Below the pieces are notes generated by a model. It had not been told where the DNA came from. It did no database searches and saw only the letters and a list, made by a program, of their open reading frames with translations. A stretch of 64,000 nucleotides of DNA from Thermoanaerobaculia bacterium (GTDB taxonomy: Bacteria; Acidobacteriota; Thermoanaerobaculia; Multivoradales; Multivoraceae): NCBI GenBank assembly GCA_963664405.1, contig OY761158.1:2720001-2784000 (forward strand). Reading direction: 5' to 3'. Of the stretch, positions 39,147-48,248 are shown piece after piece. The first letter of the stretch is position 1. Each line of letters starts with the position of its first letter. The translations under genes and the position numbers were made by a program.

Positions 39147-41489
39147 ATGTCGAGAGTTCAACGATTCAGTTCGCTCTGCCTCGTCGTCGGCGTGGCCCTC
39201 ATCGCCATCGCCTGCCAGCCGGCAACCGACTCTCCATCGGGAGAAGTCCCTGACCCGCGCATGGCCGGCTTCGAAGGAAAGATCGCCCGCTCGTACGAGG
39301 AGTCCGTCGAGGACTGGCCCGACGAGTCGACCTTCACGGGTGAAGAGCCCAACGTCCTGCTCATCCTGCTTGACGATGTGGGCTACGCTCAGATCGGAGC
39401 CTTCGGCGGCCTGACCGAGACGCCGAACATCGATGCCCTGGCGAACAACGGCCTGCGGTACAACAATTTCCATACGACTGCGCTCTGCTCGCCCTCGCGA
39501 GCCGCCATTCTGGCCGGCCGCAACCACCACTCGATCGGCCTCGGCTCTCACGCGCTGACTGCGATGGGGTTCCCCGGCTACGTCGGCAGAGTTCCGTACG
39601 AGGCACAGGAAGTGACGCGCGTCGCTCGGGAGCAGGGTTGGACGACCTATGCTATTGGCAAGTGGGACCACACTCCCACTTTCCAGGTCCATCAGGTCGG
39701 TCCCTTCGATTACTGGCCGACGAGCGACGGCTTCGATCACACCTACAACTTCATGGCGGCCGACGCCAACAACTTCACGCCTGTGATGTACGCGGGCCAC
39801 GAGCCGGTGGAGCCGGCGCGCGGCAATCCCGACTACCACCTCTCGACCGACATGGCTGACAAGGCGATTCACTATCTGACCGGCCACGTCTCCATCGCGC
39901 CCAAGAAGCCGTTCTTCATGTTCTGGGCTCCCGGCGCCATGCACGCCCCCCACCACGCGCCGCAGGAATACATCGACAAGTACAGGGGCCGGTTCGACAT
40001 GGGGTGGGATGCGGCTCGCCAAATGGTTTTCGAGAAGCAACAGGAGATGGGCCTATTGCCCGAGGGCACGGTTCTGACCGAGCGGCTCGACGCCATTCCG
40101 TCCTGGGACAGCCTGGACGACCGGGAGAAGCAGATGTACGCCCGCCAGATGGAGGCCTTCGCCGGTCAGCTCGATCACGTCGATCACGAGATCGGCCGCA
40201 TCATCGACACGCTTGAGCGAATCGGCAAGCTCGACAACACGCTCATCTTCGTCACGTCGGACAACGGTGCGAGCGGCGAGGGCGGTCTTTCGGGCAGCCA
40301 TAACGAGGTGCTGCTCCTCAACGGGATCCCGAGAACCGACTTCGAAGAGAACTGGGAGCGCTACGAGACGTGGGGGTCCGAAGAGACCAACAACCACTAC
40401 CACGTTGGCTGGACCTGGGCCGGCAACACGCCGTTCAAGTACTTCAAGCAGCACGTGCACCGCGGTGGCACACAGGACCCGCTAATCGTGCACTGGCCGG
40501 CCGGGATCGAAGCAAAAGGCGAGATCCGCGGTCAGTACGCCCACATCATCGACCTCGCGCCGACCATCGAAGAGGCGCTGGATCTCGACTTTCTGGAGGA
40601 GATCGACGGCATCGAGCAGATGCCCTACGACGGCACCAGCTTCGCTTACTCCTTCAACGATGCTGACGCGCCCGATCAACACACGCGGCAATACTACGAA
40701 CAGTTAGGCAACCGAGCGATGTATCTCGACGGGTGGAAGGCCGTCACCATCCACGCCGACCGGATGCCGTGGGATCTCGCCGCAAGGCGTCCGTTCGAAG
40801 ACGACGTTTGGGAGCTCTACCACCTGGACGAGGACTTCTCGGAGGCCAACGACCTCGCCGACGAGCAACCCGACAAGCTCGAGGAGCTGAAGGCGGCGTG
40901 GGACGAGGAAGCCATCGAGTACAACGTCTACCCGCTCCACGACGACGTCCTAGCCCGGCTTACCAACGTGGTGAAGCAGTTCGCCCCGATTCGGAACGAG
41001 TATGTGTACTACGCGCCCGGCGCCATCCGGATCTCGGAGCCCTACTCGCCCCCGGTGAAGAATCGCAACCACAGCATTACCGCGTATGCTGATCTTTCGG
41101 AAGGCGCAAGCGGCGTGCTCGTCGCGGCCGGCGGCATCTACGGCGGGTACGCGCTCTTCGTCAAAGACGACCTGCTTTTCTACGAGTACAACGCCTACAA
41201 CGAAGATCGCTACCAGATCCGCTCGCACTCGAGGCTCCCGGCAGGGGAGGTCGAGCTACGAGCCGTCTATGAAGCCGGTGAGAACCTTACTGCGACGGTA
41301 ACGCTCTTCGTCAACGACGAGCAGGTCGGGCAAGGCGAGATCGGCCGCTCCATCCCGGGGACCTTCTCGTTGTCCGAAACGTTCGACGTGGGAGAAGACA
41401 CCGGTACGCCCGTTTCGAGGGACTACGACCGCGAGGAAAGCGTCTTTAGCGGAAACCTCGACAGGGTCGTAATCCGGCTGGAGGGCTGA
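39147..41489 (+). CDS. Arylsulfatase (FGly-dependent), predicted lipoprotein
   Basis: RBS AGGAG; lipobox LIAIAC; PNVLLILLDD, LCSPSRAAILAG, GKWDH, SDNG; C-terminal LamG-like domain. Confidence 0.93.
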   Translation: MSRVQRFSSLCLVVGVALIAIACQPATDSPSGEVPDPRMAGFEGKIARSYEESVEDWPDESTFTGEEPNVLLILLDDVGYAQIGAFGGLTETPNIDALANNGLRYNNFHTTALCSPSRAAILAGRNHHSIGLGSHALTAMGFPGYVGRVPYEAQEVTRVAREQGWTTYAIGKWDHTPTFQVHQVGPFDYWPTSDGFDHTYNFMAADANNFTPVMYAGHEPVEPARGNPDYHLSTDMADKAIHYLTGHVSIAPKKPFFMFWAPGAMHAPHHAPQEYIDKYRGRFDMGWDAARQMVFEKQQEMGLLPEGTVLTERLDAIPSWDSLDDREKQMYARQMEAFAGQLDHVDHEIGRIIDTLERIGKLDNTLIFVTSDNGASGEGGLSGSHNEVLLLNGIPRTDFEENWERYETWGSEETNNHYHVGWTWAGNTPFKYFKQHVHRGGTQDPLIVHWPAGIEAKGEIRGQYAHIIDLAPTIEEALDLDFLEEIDGIEQMPYDGTSFAYSFNDADAPDQHTRQYYEQLGNRAMYLDGWKAVTIHADRMPWDLAARRPFEDDVWELYHLDEDFSEANDLADEQPDKLEELKAAWDEEAIEYNVYPLHDDVLARLTNVVKQFAPIRNEYVYYAPGAIRISEPYSPPVKNRNHSITAYADLSEGASGVLVAAGGIYGGYALFVKDDLLFYEYNAYNEDRYQIRSHSRLPAGEVELRAVYEAGENLTATVTLFVNDEQVGQGEIGRSIPGTFSLSETFDVGEDTGTPVSRDYDREESVFSGNLDRVVIRLEG

Positions 41490-41577
41490 ATCGAGATCTG
41501 GTGGCAAGAGGTGGACGGTCCTCGGCCTCTGCATGTGTCGCCCTTCATAGCGAAAGTCGACACGGATAGCCCAAATC

Positions 41578-41955
41578 GGACCAGCGGGGGCATTTGAACG
41601 AAAACTTACGGTTCTGCGTTCTTCGCCTATCGTGTTCGTTATCTGGCTTCAAGAAGAGCGTGTTGGGCTAGTGTAGTCCGACCTTGAAACCGCACCCGAG
41701 CCCTCTGGCTCCTGAGTATCAGGCGCTACGTGTCCCGGTCACCGCTAGGACTGCTCTGAACACTCCAGGGGGTGATCGGCATGAGTGAAAACCCTCCTCC
41801 TCCGGAACGCTTTCTCTCGGGCCGCCAGCGACGCCACTCGGTTGCACTACCCGAGCGCCTTTCCGATGACGAGCTTGTCCGAGATTGGTCGTTGACTGGG
41901 AACGAACTCGAGCGACCGGAACCGTAAGTTTTCGTTCAAATGCCCCCGCTGGTCC
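41578..41955 (+). mobile_element. Tn3-derived miniature inverted-repeat element (378 bp) carrying the 5' end of tnpA
   Basis: 37-bp perfect IR GGACCAGCGGGGGCATTTGAACGAAAACTTACGGTTC; GAACGAAAACT.ACG sits at the same offset as in the Tn3 IR. Internal 'LPERLSDDELVRDWSLT' resembles the Tn3 transposase N-terminus. No matching 5-bp TSD. Confidence 0.88.
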
Positions 41956-42019
41956 TAATAGTGGTCGTGGTCTTTCCAACGCCTCCTTTTTGATTGACGA
42001 TGGCGATGGTGGTGGTCAT
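41956..42019 (-). pseudogene. parA: ParA family ATPase, N-terminal stub cut by the Tn3 MITE
   Basis: MTTTIAIVNQKGGVGKTTTTI (deviant Walker A) ends exactly at the IR. Confidence 0.85.
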
Positions 42020-42256
42020 GGGGGTTTTTTGTAGGTGCGCGTTGTGCGACGAGAGACTCTGAAGACGACGACCGTCGTCTGATCGTAGTCGACGCCGAAG
42101 AGGATGCGCCACGACCCGACTCGCCGGCGAAATTCGAGGCGCGGTGATCGCCCCTTGAGTCGAACGACGTCTCCACTGAAAGGATCGGTGGCCTCTGGTA
42201 GGGAGGCGTCGGATGTCTCTGACGGCGGCCTTATTTGTGACTACCTGCCATCTCAT
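42016..42256 (-). pseudogene. RelE/ParE family toxin with internal deletion/frameshift
   Basis: MRWQVVTNKAAVRDIRRLP / TDPFSGDVVRLKG...FRRRVGSWRILF...VFRVSRRTTRTY in two frames. Confidence 0.85.
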
Positions 42257-42500
42257 TGTGAAGCTCTTCGAGTGTCACGTACTCGCCGGTCTTGTAAGCC
42301 TTCCAGCCATCCTTGAGCATGCGCGCCTCTTGGCTGGTGGGTTCGACCACGGGAATGCGACGGGAGCGCTCTATGTAGGAGCGCAGCGCTTCTCGGACGA
42401 GCTCCGAGCGTGTACGGTGCTCGGCCTTCCGCACAGCCTCGGCCTGCTCATAAAGGTCAGGGGGTAGCGAGATGGAGAGTTTCTTGTGAGCCATTTCCAT
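42231..42500 (-). CDS. Ribbon-helix-helix (CopG-like) antitoxin
   Basis: 'KLSISLPPDL...TRSELVREALRSY' and 'GEYVTLEEL' tail; overlaps the toxin start. Confidence 0.88.
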   Translation of the reverse strand: MEMAHKKLSISLPPDLYEQAEAVRKAEHRTRSELVREALRSYIERSRRIPVVEPTSQEARMLKDGWKAYKTGEYVTLEELHNEMAGSHK

Positions 42501-42520
42501 AGAGCCTATTGTGTTAGCTG

Positions 42521-42558
42521 GTATGACTCCATACTACCGGGTTGTGGGGGCTCGTCAA
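42521..42558 (-). promoter_or_regulatory. Sigma70 promoter with overlapping palindromic operator
   Basis: Minus strand TTGACG-16 nt-TAGTAT; dyad GTATG-GAGT-CATAC overlaps the -10. Confidence 0.6.
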
Positions 42559-42743
42559 GTGGGGATAATCGGTCGCACGCCTACCATTCAGCTGTGGCAC
42601 TTACGAGCCCCCTCCCAAGCGTAGCCGCTTCGTAAATCGAGGCGGTAAGGCCTCGACGAGGACCAATCTAATGATTGGCCAAATAATTCAAGGCGAGCTC
42701 CACGAGCCTTGCACCGTAGTAGAGAATGGCCAGCCAAGCTGCA

Positions 42744-42848
42744 AGCGAGCGCGTCGATATTGGGCGTGGAGACGAGTTCCTCGCCATAACAGCCGTACCG
42801 AGGGTCTTGGTCCTCGATGAAGATCCAGAGAATATTGGGTCTGTTCAT
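42744..42848 (-). pseudogene. Sulfatase N-terminal fragment
   Basis: MNRPNILWIFIEDQ...GCYG...TPNIDALA, then similarity is lost before the CxPxR motif. Confidence 0.75.
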
Positions 42849-42937
42849 AGCAACTCCTGAAAGTGCTGAACGATTCTGTTAGCTCCGGTCGCTCGAAACA
42901 CTGCTAGGGTGATTCGGGCACGCTCACCGGGTGAACC

Positions 42938-44551
42938 GTGAAGATCCGCGTCTCTTCCCTTTCGCTTCCGCTCGAACACTCCGACGCGGATCTGCGCGCT
43001 TCAGTCGCCGAGAGGCTCGGACTCGAGCCTGACGAGATTCGCTGCATCGAGGTCTTTCGCCGCAGCGCAGACGCGCGTCAGCGCAGATCGGTCAAGCTGG
43101 TGTACACGGTCGATGTCTCTGTGGAGGGTGCGGAGAAGGTGCTCGAGCGTCTGGAGTCGGGCTCTGGCGTGCGCAGAGCTCCGGACTTGGCCTACCGCTT
43201 TGTCGCCAAGGCCACCAGAGCCCCTGAGCCACGACCGGTCGTCGTCGGCTTGGGGCCTTGCGGGCTCTTCGCGGGCTTGGTCTTGGCACAGATGGGGTTG
43301 CGGCCGCTGATTCTCGAGCGCGGCAAGAAAGTGCGAGAGCGCGCCAAGGACACCTTCGGTTTTTGGCGCGAAGGACGGCTCGACTCGGAGTCGAACGTGC
43401 AGTTCGGCGAGGGCGGAGCCGGCACCTTCTCGGACGGCAAGCTCTACAGCCAGGTGCGCGACAAGCAGAACTACGGGCGCAAGGTCCTGACCGAGTTTGT
43501 AGAGGCCGGGGCGCCCGCCGAGATTCTGTACGAAGGCAGGCCCCACATCGGCACTTTCAGGCTGGTGCCGATGCTGGAGAAGATGCGAGCCAAGATCGAG
43601 GGGCTGGGTGGCGAGATCCGCTTTCAGACGAGGGTTGACGACTTCATTCTGGAAGGCGGCGCATTGCGTGGCCTAGTCGCGAGCGGTGAAGTGTTGCGAG
43701 CCGATCATGTGGTCCTGGCGTTGGGGCACAGTGCCAGAGACACTTTCCGAGTCCTGCACGAGCGCGGAGTCGAAACGGTGGCCAAGCCCTTCTCGATCGG
43801 CTTTCGGGTCGAGCATCCGCAGAGCATGGTCGACCACTGCCGCTATGGCCGCTTCGCCGGGCACCCCTTGTTGGGTGCGGCCGATTATCGTTTGGCCCAT
43901 CACTGCACCGGCAGCGGTCTCGAGGGGCGCACCGTCTACAGTTTCTGCATGTGCCCGGGCGGCCTGGTGGTGGCGTCGGCTTCGGAGGAGGGCGGTGTGG
44001 TGACCAACGGTATGAGCCAGTACGACCGCGGCGAGCGCAACGCCAACGCCGGCCTGGTGGTCGATCTCTCGCCAGAGGATTTGGCGAGTGGGGTGTTCGC
44101 CGGGATGGAGCTGCAGCGGGACCTCGAGCAGCGCGCTTTCGCCGCTGCCGGCGGTAACTACGAGGCTCCCGGTCAGTTGATCGGAGACTTCCTCGCTCAG
44201 CGCCCCTCCACCAGTCTTGGCGGTGTTCTGCCGTCCTACCAGCCGGGTGTGCACCTGACCGAGCTCGACAGCTGCCTACCGGACTTTGCACTTGCGGCGA
44301 TTCGTGAGGCCATCCCGGCGTTCGACCGCAAGATCCCAGGCTTTGCACGGGAAGACGCCGTACTCACCGGGGTCGAGACCCGCACCTCCTCACCGATCCG
44401 CCTGCCGCGCGCCTCTGATCTCCAGAGCGTCAACGTGCGCGGCCTCTTTCCGGCCGGCGAGGGCGCCGGGTACGCCGGAGGAATCCTGTCGGCGGGAATC
44501 GACGGCATCCGCGTTGCGGAGGCAGTGGCAAGGGTTATCGGCTCGACCTGA
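42938..44551 (+). CDS. NAD(P)/FAD-dependent oxidoreductase (COG2509-like)
   Basis: VVGLGPCGLFAG, QFGEGGAGTFSDGKL, FCMCPGG, ETRTSSP, GEGAGYAGGI. Confidence 0.92.
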   Translation: MKIRVSSLSLPLEHSDADLRASVAERLGLEPDEIRCIEVFRRSADARQRRSVKLVYTVDVSVEGAEKVLERLESGSGVRRAPDLAYRFVAKATRAPEPRPVVVGLGPCGLFAGLVLAQMGLRPLILERGKKVRERAKDTFGFWREGRLDSESNVQFGEGGAGTFSDGKLYSQVRDKQNYGRKVLTEFVEAGAPAEILYEGRPHIGTFRLVPMLEKMRAKIEGLGGEIRFQTRVDDFILEGGALRGLVASGEVLRADHVVLALGHSARDTFRVLHERGVETVAKPFSIGFRVEHPQSMVDHCRYGRFAGHPLLGAADYRLAHHCTGSGLEGRTVYSFCMCPGGLVVASASEEGGVVTNGMSQYDRGERNANAGLVVDLSPEDLASGVFAGMELQRDLEQRAFAAAGGNYEAPGQLIGDFLAQRPSTSLGGVLPSYQPGVHLTELDSCLPDFALAAIREAIPAFDRKIPGFAREDAVLTGVETRTSSPIRLPRASDLQSVNVRGLFPAGEGAGYAGGILSAGIDGIRVAEAVARVIGST

Positions 44552-44599
44552 TCCGATCGCAGGACACCCTCGCGCGGAGCGGAACGCGGGCTACGCGCT

Positions 44600-45136
44600 C
44601 TAGGATTGCGCAGAGCTCTTCAGCTCGGACATCGTAAAGAGTGGCCGCAAGAGCAAGCCTTCCTTAGCGAGATTCTCGGCACCGCCGGATTCCCGGTCGA
44701 TCACGCAGACGACGGACTCGACTCGCGCGCCGCGGCCCCGCAGTGCTCGGCAGGACTCGATGATCTGGCCACCGGAAGTCACAACATCTTCGACAACGAG
44801 GAGTCGCTTCTCCGCCACATCGCCGCCTTCCGCCAGTTTGCAGGTTCCGTACTCCTTAGCCTTCTTGCGTACGAACAGCACAGGCAGGCCCGTCACCTGA
44901 GAGAGGATCGTGGCGACGGGGATGCCTCCCATTTCTAGACCCGCCAGCAGCTCGCAGTCCGGCGGCACCATTTCCGCCATGGTTTCCGCGATCCTCCGCA
45001 GCAACACGGGGTCCGCTTCGAAGAGATACTTGTCGAAATACTCGCTACTGGTCACGCCGGAGCGAAGCACGAACTGTCCCTCGATATGGGAGGCCGTATA
45101 GAGCTGCTGGGCCAGTTCGCGGCGATTTGACTGCAT
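44600..45136 (-). CDS. pyrE: Orotate phosphoribosyltransferase
   Basis: FVLRSG..S.YFDK, RKKAKEYGT, PRPP loop VVEDVVTSGG. Confidence 0.93.
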   Translation of the reverse strand: MQSNRRELAQQLYTASHIEGQFVLRSGVTSSEYFDKYLFEADPVLLRRIAETMAEMVPPDCELLAGLEMGGIPVATILSQVTGLPVLFVRKKAKEYGTCKLAEGGDVAEKRLLVVEDVVTSGGQIIESCRALRGRGARVESVVCVIDRESGGAENLAKEGLLLRPLFTMSELKSSAQS

Positions 45137-45464
45137 TCGTCCATCATCCTTCGAGTGGCGAGCCAGCCGCCTCCGCTGCCAAACCAGTCTGGCAGAGAGA
45201 GGTCCGATCGGTCACAGTAGAAGACGCCATAATCGAGTATTGCCTGGTCCGAGGGTACCCGCTCAGGTGGTTCCACACAGTCTGAAACAGGTACCCGCTA
45301 GGTAAGCGTAGTACGCCGGCAGCCCTACCGAGTCTGTGCGCCCTCACACTATCGCCTACTTAGCGAAGCGCACCGTGCTACCGGTTTCGCATCGGCTTTA
45401 AGAATGTCCTTTTTCCTTCCTTCGAGATGTAGCCAGGAGCGCCGACCGAGAGTAGGCTTCAGGC

Positions 45465-46685
45465 ATGAGCTCTGACATGGCCGATGTGATTGTGGTGGGC
45501 AACTATTCGGAGGATCCTTTCGCGATCGACGTCGCATTCGCGATGGGTCAGCGGGAGGACGTCGCTGATCTCATCAGTATGAAGACCTTCGCCAATACAG
45601 AGTTCTGCCCGCGCTTCATCTCCGACGAGCAGGATCTCTCTCGCATCGGCTCGGGGCTTGCCGGCAAGACGGTGATCATCGTAAGCACCTCGAATCGTCT
45701 GATTACCCGCCAGAATCTGGCGATGCGCAACCTATTGATTGCCCGATCGGCGAAGGAGAACGGCGCCGGCAGTGTGGTCTTGGTCGAGCCTGACCTCTAC
45801 TACAGCGCCCAGGATCGAGGCCCCCGGTCCGAGTCCTGCGACACCAACCCCAATCGTGAGCCTGGCGACCTGAAGAAGTTCGACGGTCAGCCTTTCACCG
45901 CCAAGCTTTATGCCCAGATGCTGCGACTCGCGGGCGTCGACACCGTGCTCACGGTACACAACCACTCGCAGGCGGTGCAGAAGATTTTCGGTGAGATCTT
46001 CGAGGGGCGGTTTCACAATCTAATCCCCTACGAGCTCTACACGGACTATCTGCGCAACTCCAACATCGTCAGCTATGGGCCCGAGGGCGAGGGTCTGGCT
46101 CTTTGCGCACCGGATCAGGGGGCTCGCGACTTCGTCAAGGAGATGTTCAGGAAGCTGGAGTTGCCCAAGGCGCGCTTCATTCTGCTCGACAAGGAGCGCA
46201 GCGGCGAGCGCGAGGTGAGTATCCGGCTCCATGAGAAGAGCGAATCCACCTTCGAGGAGATCGGCGGGCACGATGTCGTGCTCTTCGACGACATGGTCCG
46301 AACGGGCTCGACGGTGGTGAAGACATGTCAATTCTTGAAGCAGATCCGACCCGGGCGATTGGTCTTCGCCGTGACCCACTTTTACGCCAGTGGCGAGGGA
46401 CGCCGCAAGATGGCCGACACCGCCATTGACGAGATCCTGACTCTCAACTCGATGCCCACCGTGCTCAATCGCGACGAGCAGGGCCGACTGCGCCGTAAGA
46501 TGGTCGTTCTGAAGATCGAACGGTGGTTGGCTCGGAATCTGTGCGACATCCTCGACATTGAGGCGCCACCGGGTGACAGCCTCTACCAGATCGACATGTC
46601 TTCGAAGAACCCCAGATTCACCCGCAAGATCTGGTCGAACGATCAGCTCGCAGACCTGAAGGCGGAGCGGACCACGGCGGCATGA
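45465..46685 (+). CDS. prs: Ribose-phosphate pyrophosphokinase family protein (divergent)
   Basis: FANTE, YSAQDR, HNHS, APDQG, KER, VLFDDMVRTGST; insertion and C-terminal extension. Confidence 0.8.
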   Translation: MSSDMADVIVVGNYSEDPFAIDVAFAMGQREDVADLISMKTFANTEFCPRFISDEQDLSRIGSGLAGKTVIIVSTSNRLITRQNLAMRNLLIARSAKENGAGSVVLVEPDLYYSAQDRGPRSESCDTNPNREPGDLKKFDGQPFTAKLYAQMLRLAGVDTVLTVHNHSQAVQKIFGEIFEGRFHNLIPYELYTDYLRNSNIVSYGPEGEGLALCAPDQGARDFVKEMFRKLELPKARFILLDKERSGEREVSIRLHEKSESTFEEIGGHDVVLFDDMVRTGSTVVKTCQFLKQIRPGRLVFAVTHFYASGEGRRKMADTAIDEILTLNSMPTVLNRDEQGRLRRKMVVLKIERWLARNLCDILDIEAPPGDSLYQIDMSSKNPRFTRKIWSNDQLADLKAERTTAA

Positions 46686-46705
46686 GCTCGATCCGCTGGA
46701 GATCC

Positions 46706-47488
46706 ATGACTAAGCAATACGCACTTGCTCTTGCCCTTGCGGCGCCGGTGTGTGGGCAACCTTTATCGGACGTGCGGCCCGCCTCGATCGCCGATGGCAT
46801 CTCCGAGGAAGAAGCCGCCAAGGGTCGTGCCCTGCTCGAGGAGGCCCAGATGGCCTATGGGCTCGACGCCTGGAAAAACTACCGCGGGGCCGAGTTCGAC
46901 ATGGTGGCGAAGTGGTACACGGAGAGCTCCGGATGGCTCGACGACCCGCAGATGTTTCACTTCACCGCTCTGCAACTCGGCGCCGACGATGCCGACCTGA
47001 TCTTCCTCAACGGTCCGACCAAGGGTGAGGGCTGGGCCATCGCCGATGGAAGGCACTTCGACATCAAGAACGGCGAGCACATTGCGAAAGGCGGCCCCGA
47101 CCCTCATATGAAGGTGCCGGTCAAGAATTGGTGGTTCCAATTCCCGTTCAGGATTAGCGAAGCAGAGTTCATCGGCCACGCTGGCACTGCCGATATCGGG
47201 GGCAAGACCTACGAGCTCGTCTACGCGACATGGGGCTCAGCCGAGCCCAACGACACTCATGACCAGTACGTCATCTACATCGACCCCACCTCGAAGCGGA
47301 TGGAGTGGCTGCACTTCACCCACCGCAAGGCGAACCCGGCGGCGGCGATCTCGATGAATCACGCCGACTTCCACACCGTCGACGGGGTCCTGGTCCCGCA
47401 CCACTACATGGTCTACACGGGGCCTCCCGGCGCCAGCGACCGGAAGGTCCACGAGAATAGCTACGCGAACCTGAAGTTCATTCGCTAA
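46706..47488 (+). CDS. Secreted hypothetical protein (DUF6503-like)
   Basis: Signal peptide; 'AYGLDAW', 'WWFQFPFRI', 'DQYVIYID'. Confidence 0.55.
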   Translation: MTKQYALALALAAPVCGQPLSDVRPASIADGISEEEAAKGRALLEEAQMAYGLDAWKNYRGAEFDMVAKWYTESSGWLDDPQMFHFTALQLGADDADLIFLNGPTKGEGWAIADGRHFDIKNGEHIAKGGPDPHMKVPVKNWWFQFPFRISEAEFIGHAGTADIGGKTYELVYATWGSAEPNDTHDQYVIYIDPTSKRMEWLHFTHRKANPAAAISMNHADFHTVDGVLVPHHYMVYTGPPGASDRKVHENSYANLKFIR

Positions 47489-47552
47489 CGGACGCAGCAG
47501 GTCTCTAGTAGAAGTCTAAGGAAACGCCTCCCGTCCCGAACATTTCTGGAGG

Positions 47553-47942
47553 CTAGTTCGTGATGTCGCTGGTGACACTGCCACCGCGCACCGGCATGTA
47601 GAGCTTGTACCAGTTCCTTTGCGCCTGACTGCCGGCGTAGTCGGCCAGGGCCTTCTCGCTCTCGAACTCCATGACGAAGGCTGCGTCTCTGGTCTGTGAC
47701 TTGATGCTTCTCAGCCAGACGCGAGAAATACCATCGTATTCGGCGGCTAGGGTTTCGACGCCTTCGAGCGCTTTGGCGATCGCGTCTTCGGAGGCGCCCT
47801 CGGCCCAATTGAGAGTGACGACGTGGATCACCGATTTCGGCTTCTCGACACCGGCGGCGCCGAGCACAACACCCGCGGCGAAAAATGCAGCGGCGGCGGG
47901 TACCAAGAAGAGAGATTGTCTCGAGCGTTTCCTAGCAATCAT
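47553..47942 (-). CDS. Dabb (stress-responsive A/B barrel) family exported protein
   Basis: Signal peptide; 'VIHVVTLNW', 'AFVMEFESEKALADY'. Confidence 0.75.
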   Translation of the reverse strand: MIARKRSRQSLFLVPAAAAFFAAGVVLGAAGVEKPKSVIHVVTLNWAEGASEDAIAKALEGVETLAAEYDGISRVWLRSIKSQTRDAAFVMEFESEKALADYAGSQAQRNWYKLYMPVRGGSVTSDITN

Positions 47943-48002
47943 GTTCGACCCCCTTTGTTTGCCAGCCGACGGCTGGAGTGCGTCCCATAGGTGGCTCTCC
48001 CC

Positions 48003-48248
48003 TCCGAGTATTGGTTGATCCGTCTCCCGGAGCGAATAGGAAGCAGCACCGAGTGCGCCGTCCTCGGCGCCAAAATGCAACTAGCCGTATGAAATGATAG
48101 CAATCATTTCTGGAGGCTAGGAGCGTGTCCGAGTATTCGGCCAGAGCCGTTTCCCGGAGCGAATAGGAAGCAACGCCTGAGTGCGCCGTCCTCGGCGCCT
48201 AAGGGCAGCTAGCCGGAGGAAATGATAGCGATCATTTCAGGAGGCTAG
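48003..48248. repeat. Two tandem ~120-128-bp CTAG-ended repeat units (MITE/REP-like); partial copy at 47541-47556
   Basis: Shared CCCGGAGCGAATAGGAAGCA, GAGTGCGCCGTCCTCGGCGCC, and terminal dyad CTAGCC..GAAATGAT.ATCATTTC..GGCTAG. Confidence 0.9.

Noticed and set aside
41936-42256. Toxin-ParA fusion protein
   Set aside because: An artefact of the toxin frameshift running into the parA stub.
48003-48248. Possible CRISPR or integron attC array
   Set aside because: Units are similar along their whole length, have no unique spacers, and lack RYYYAAC/GTTRRRY ends.
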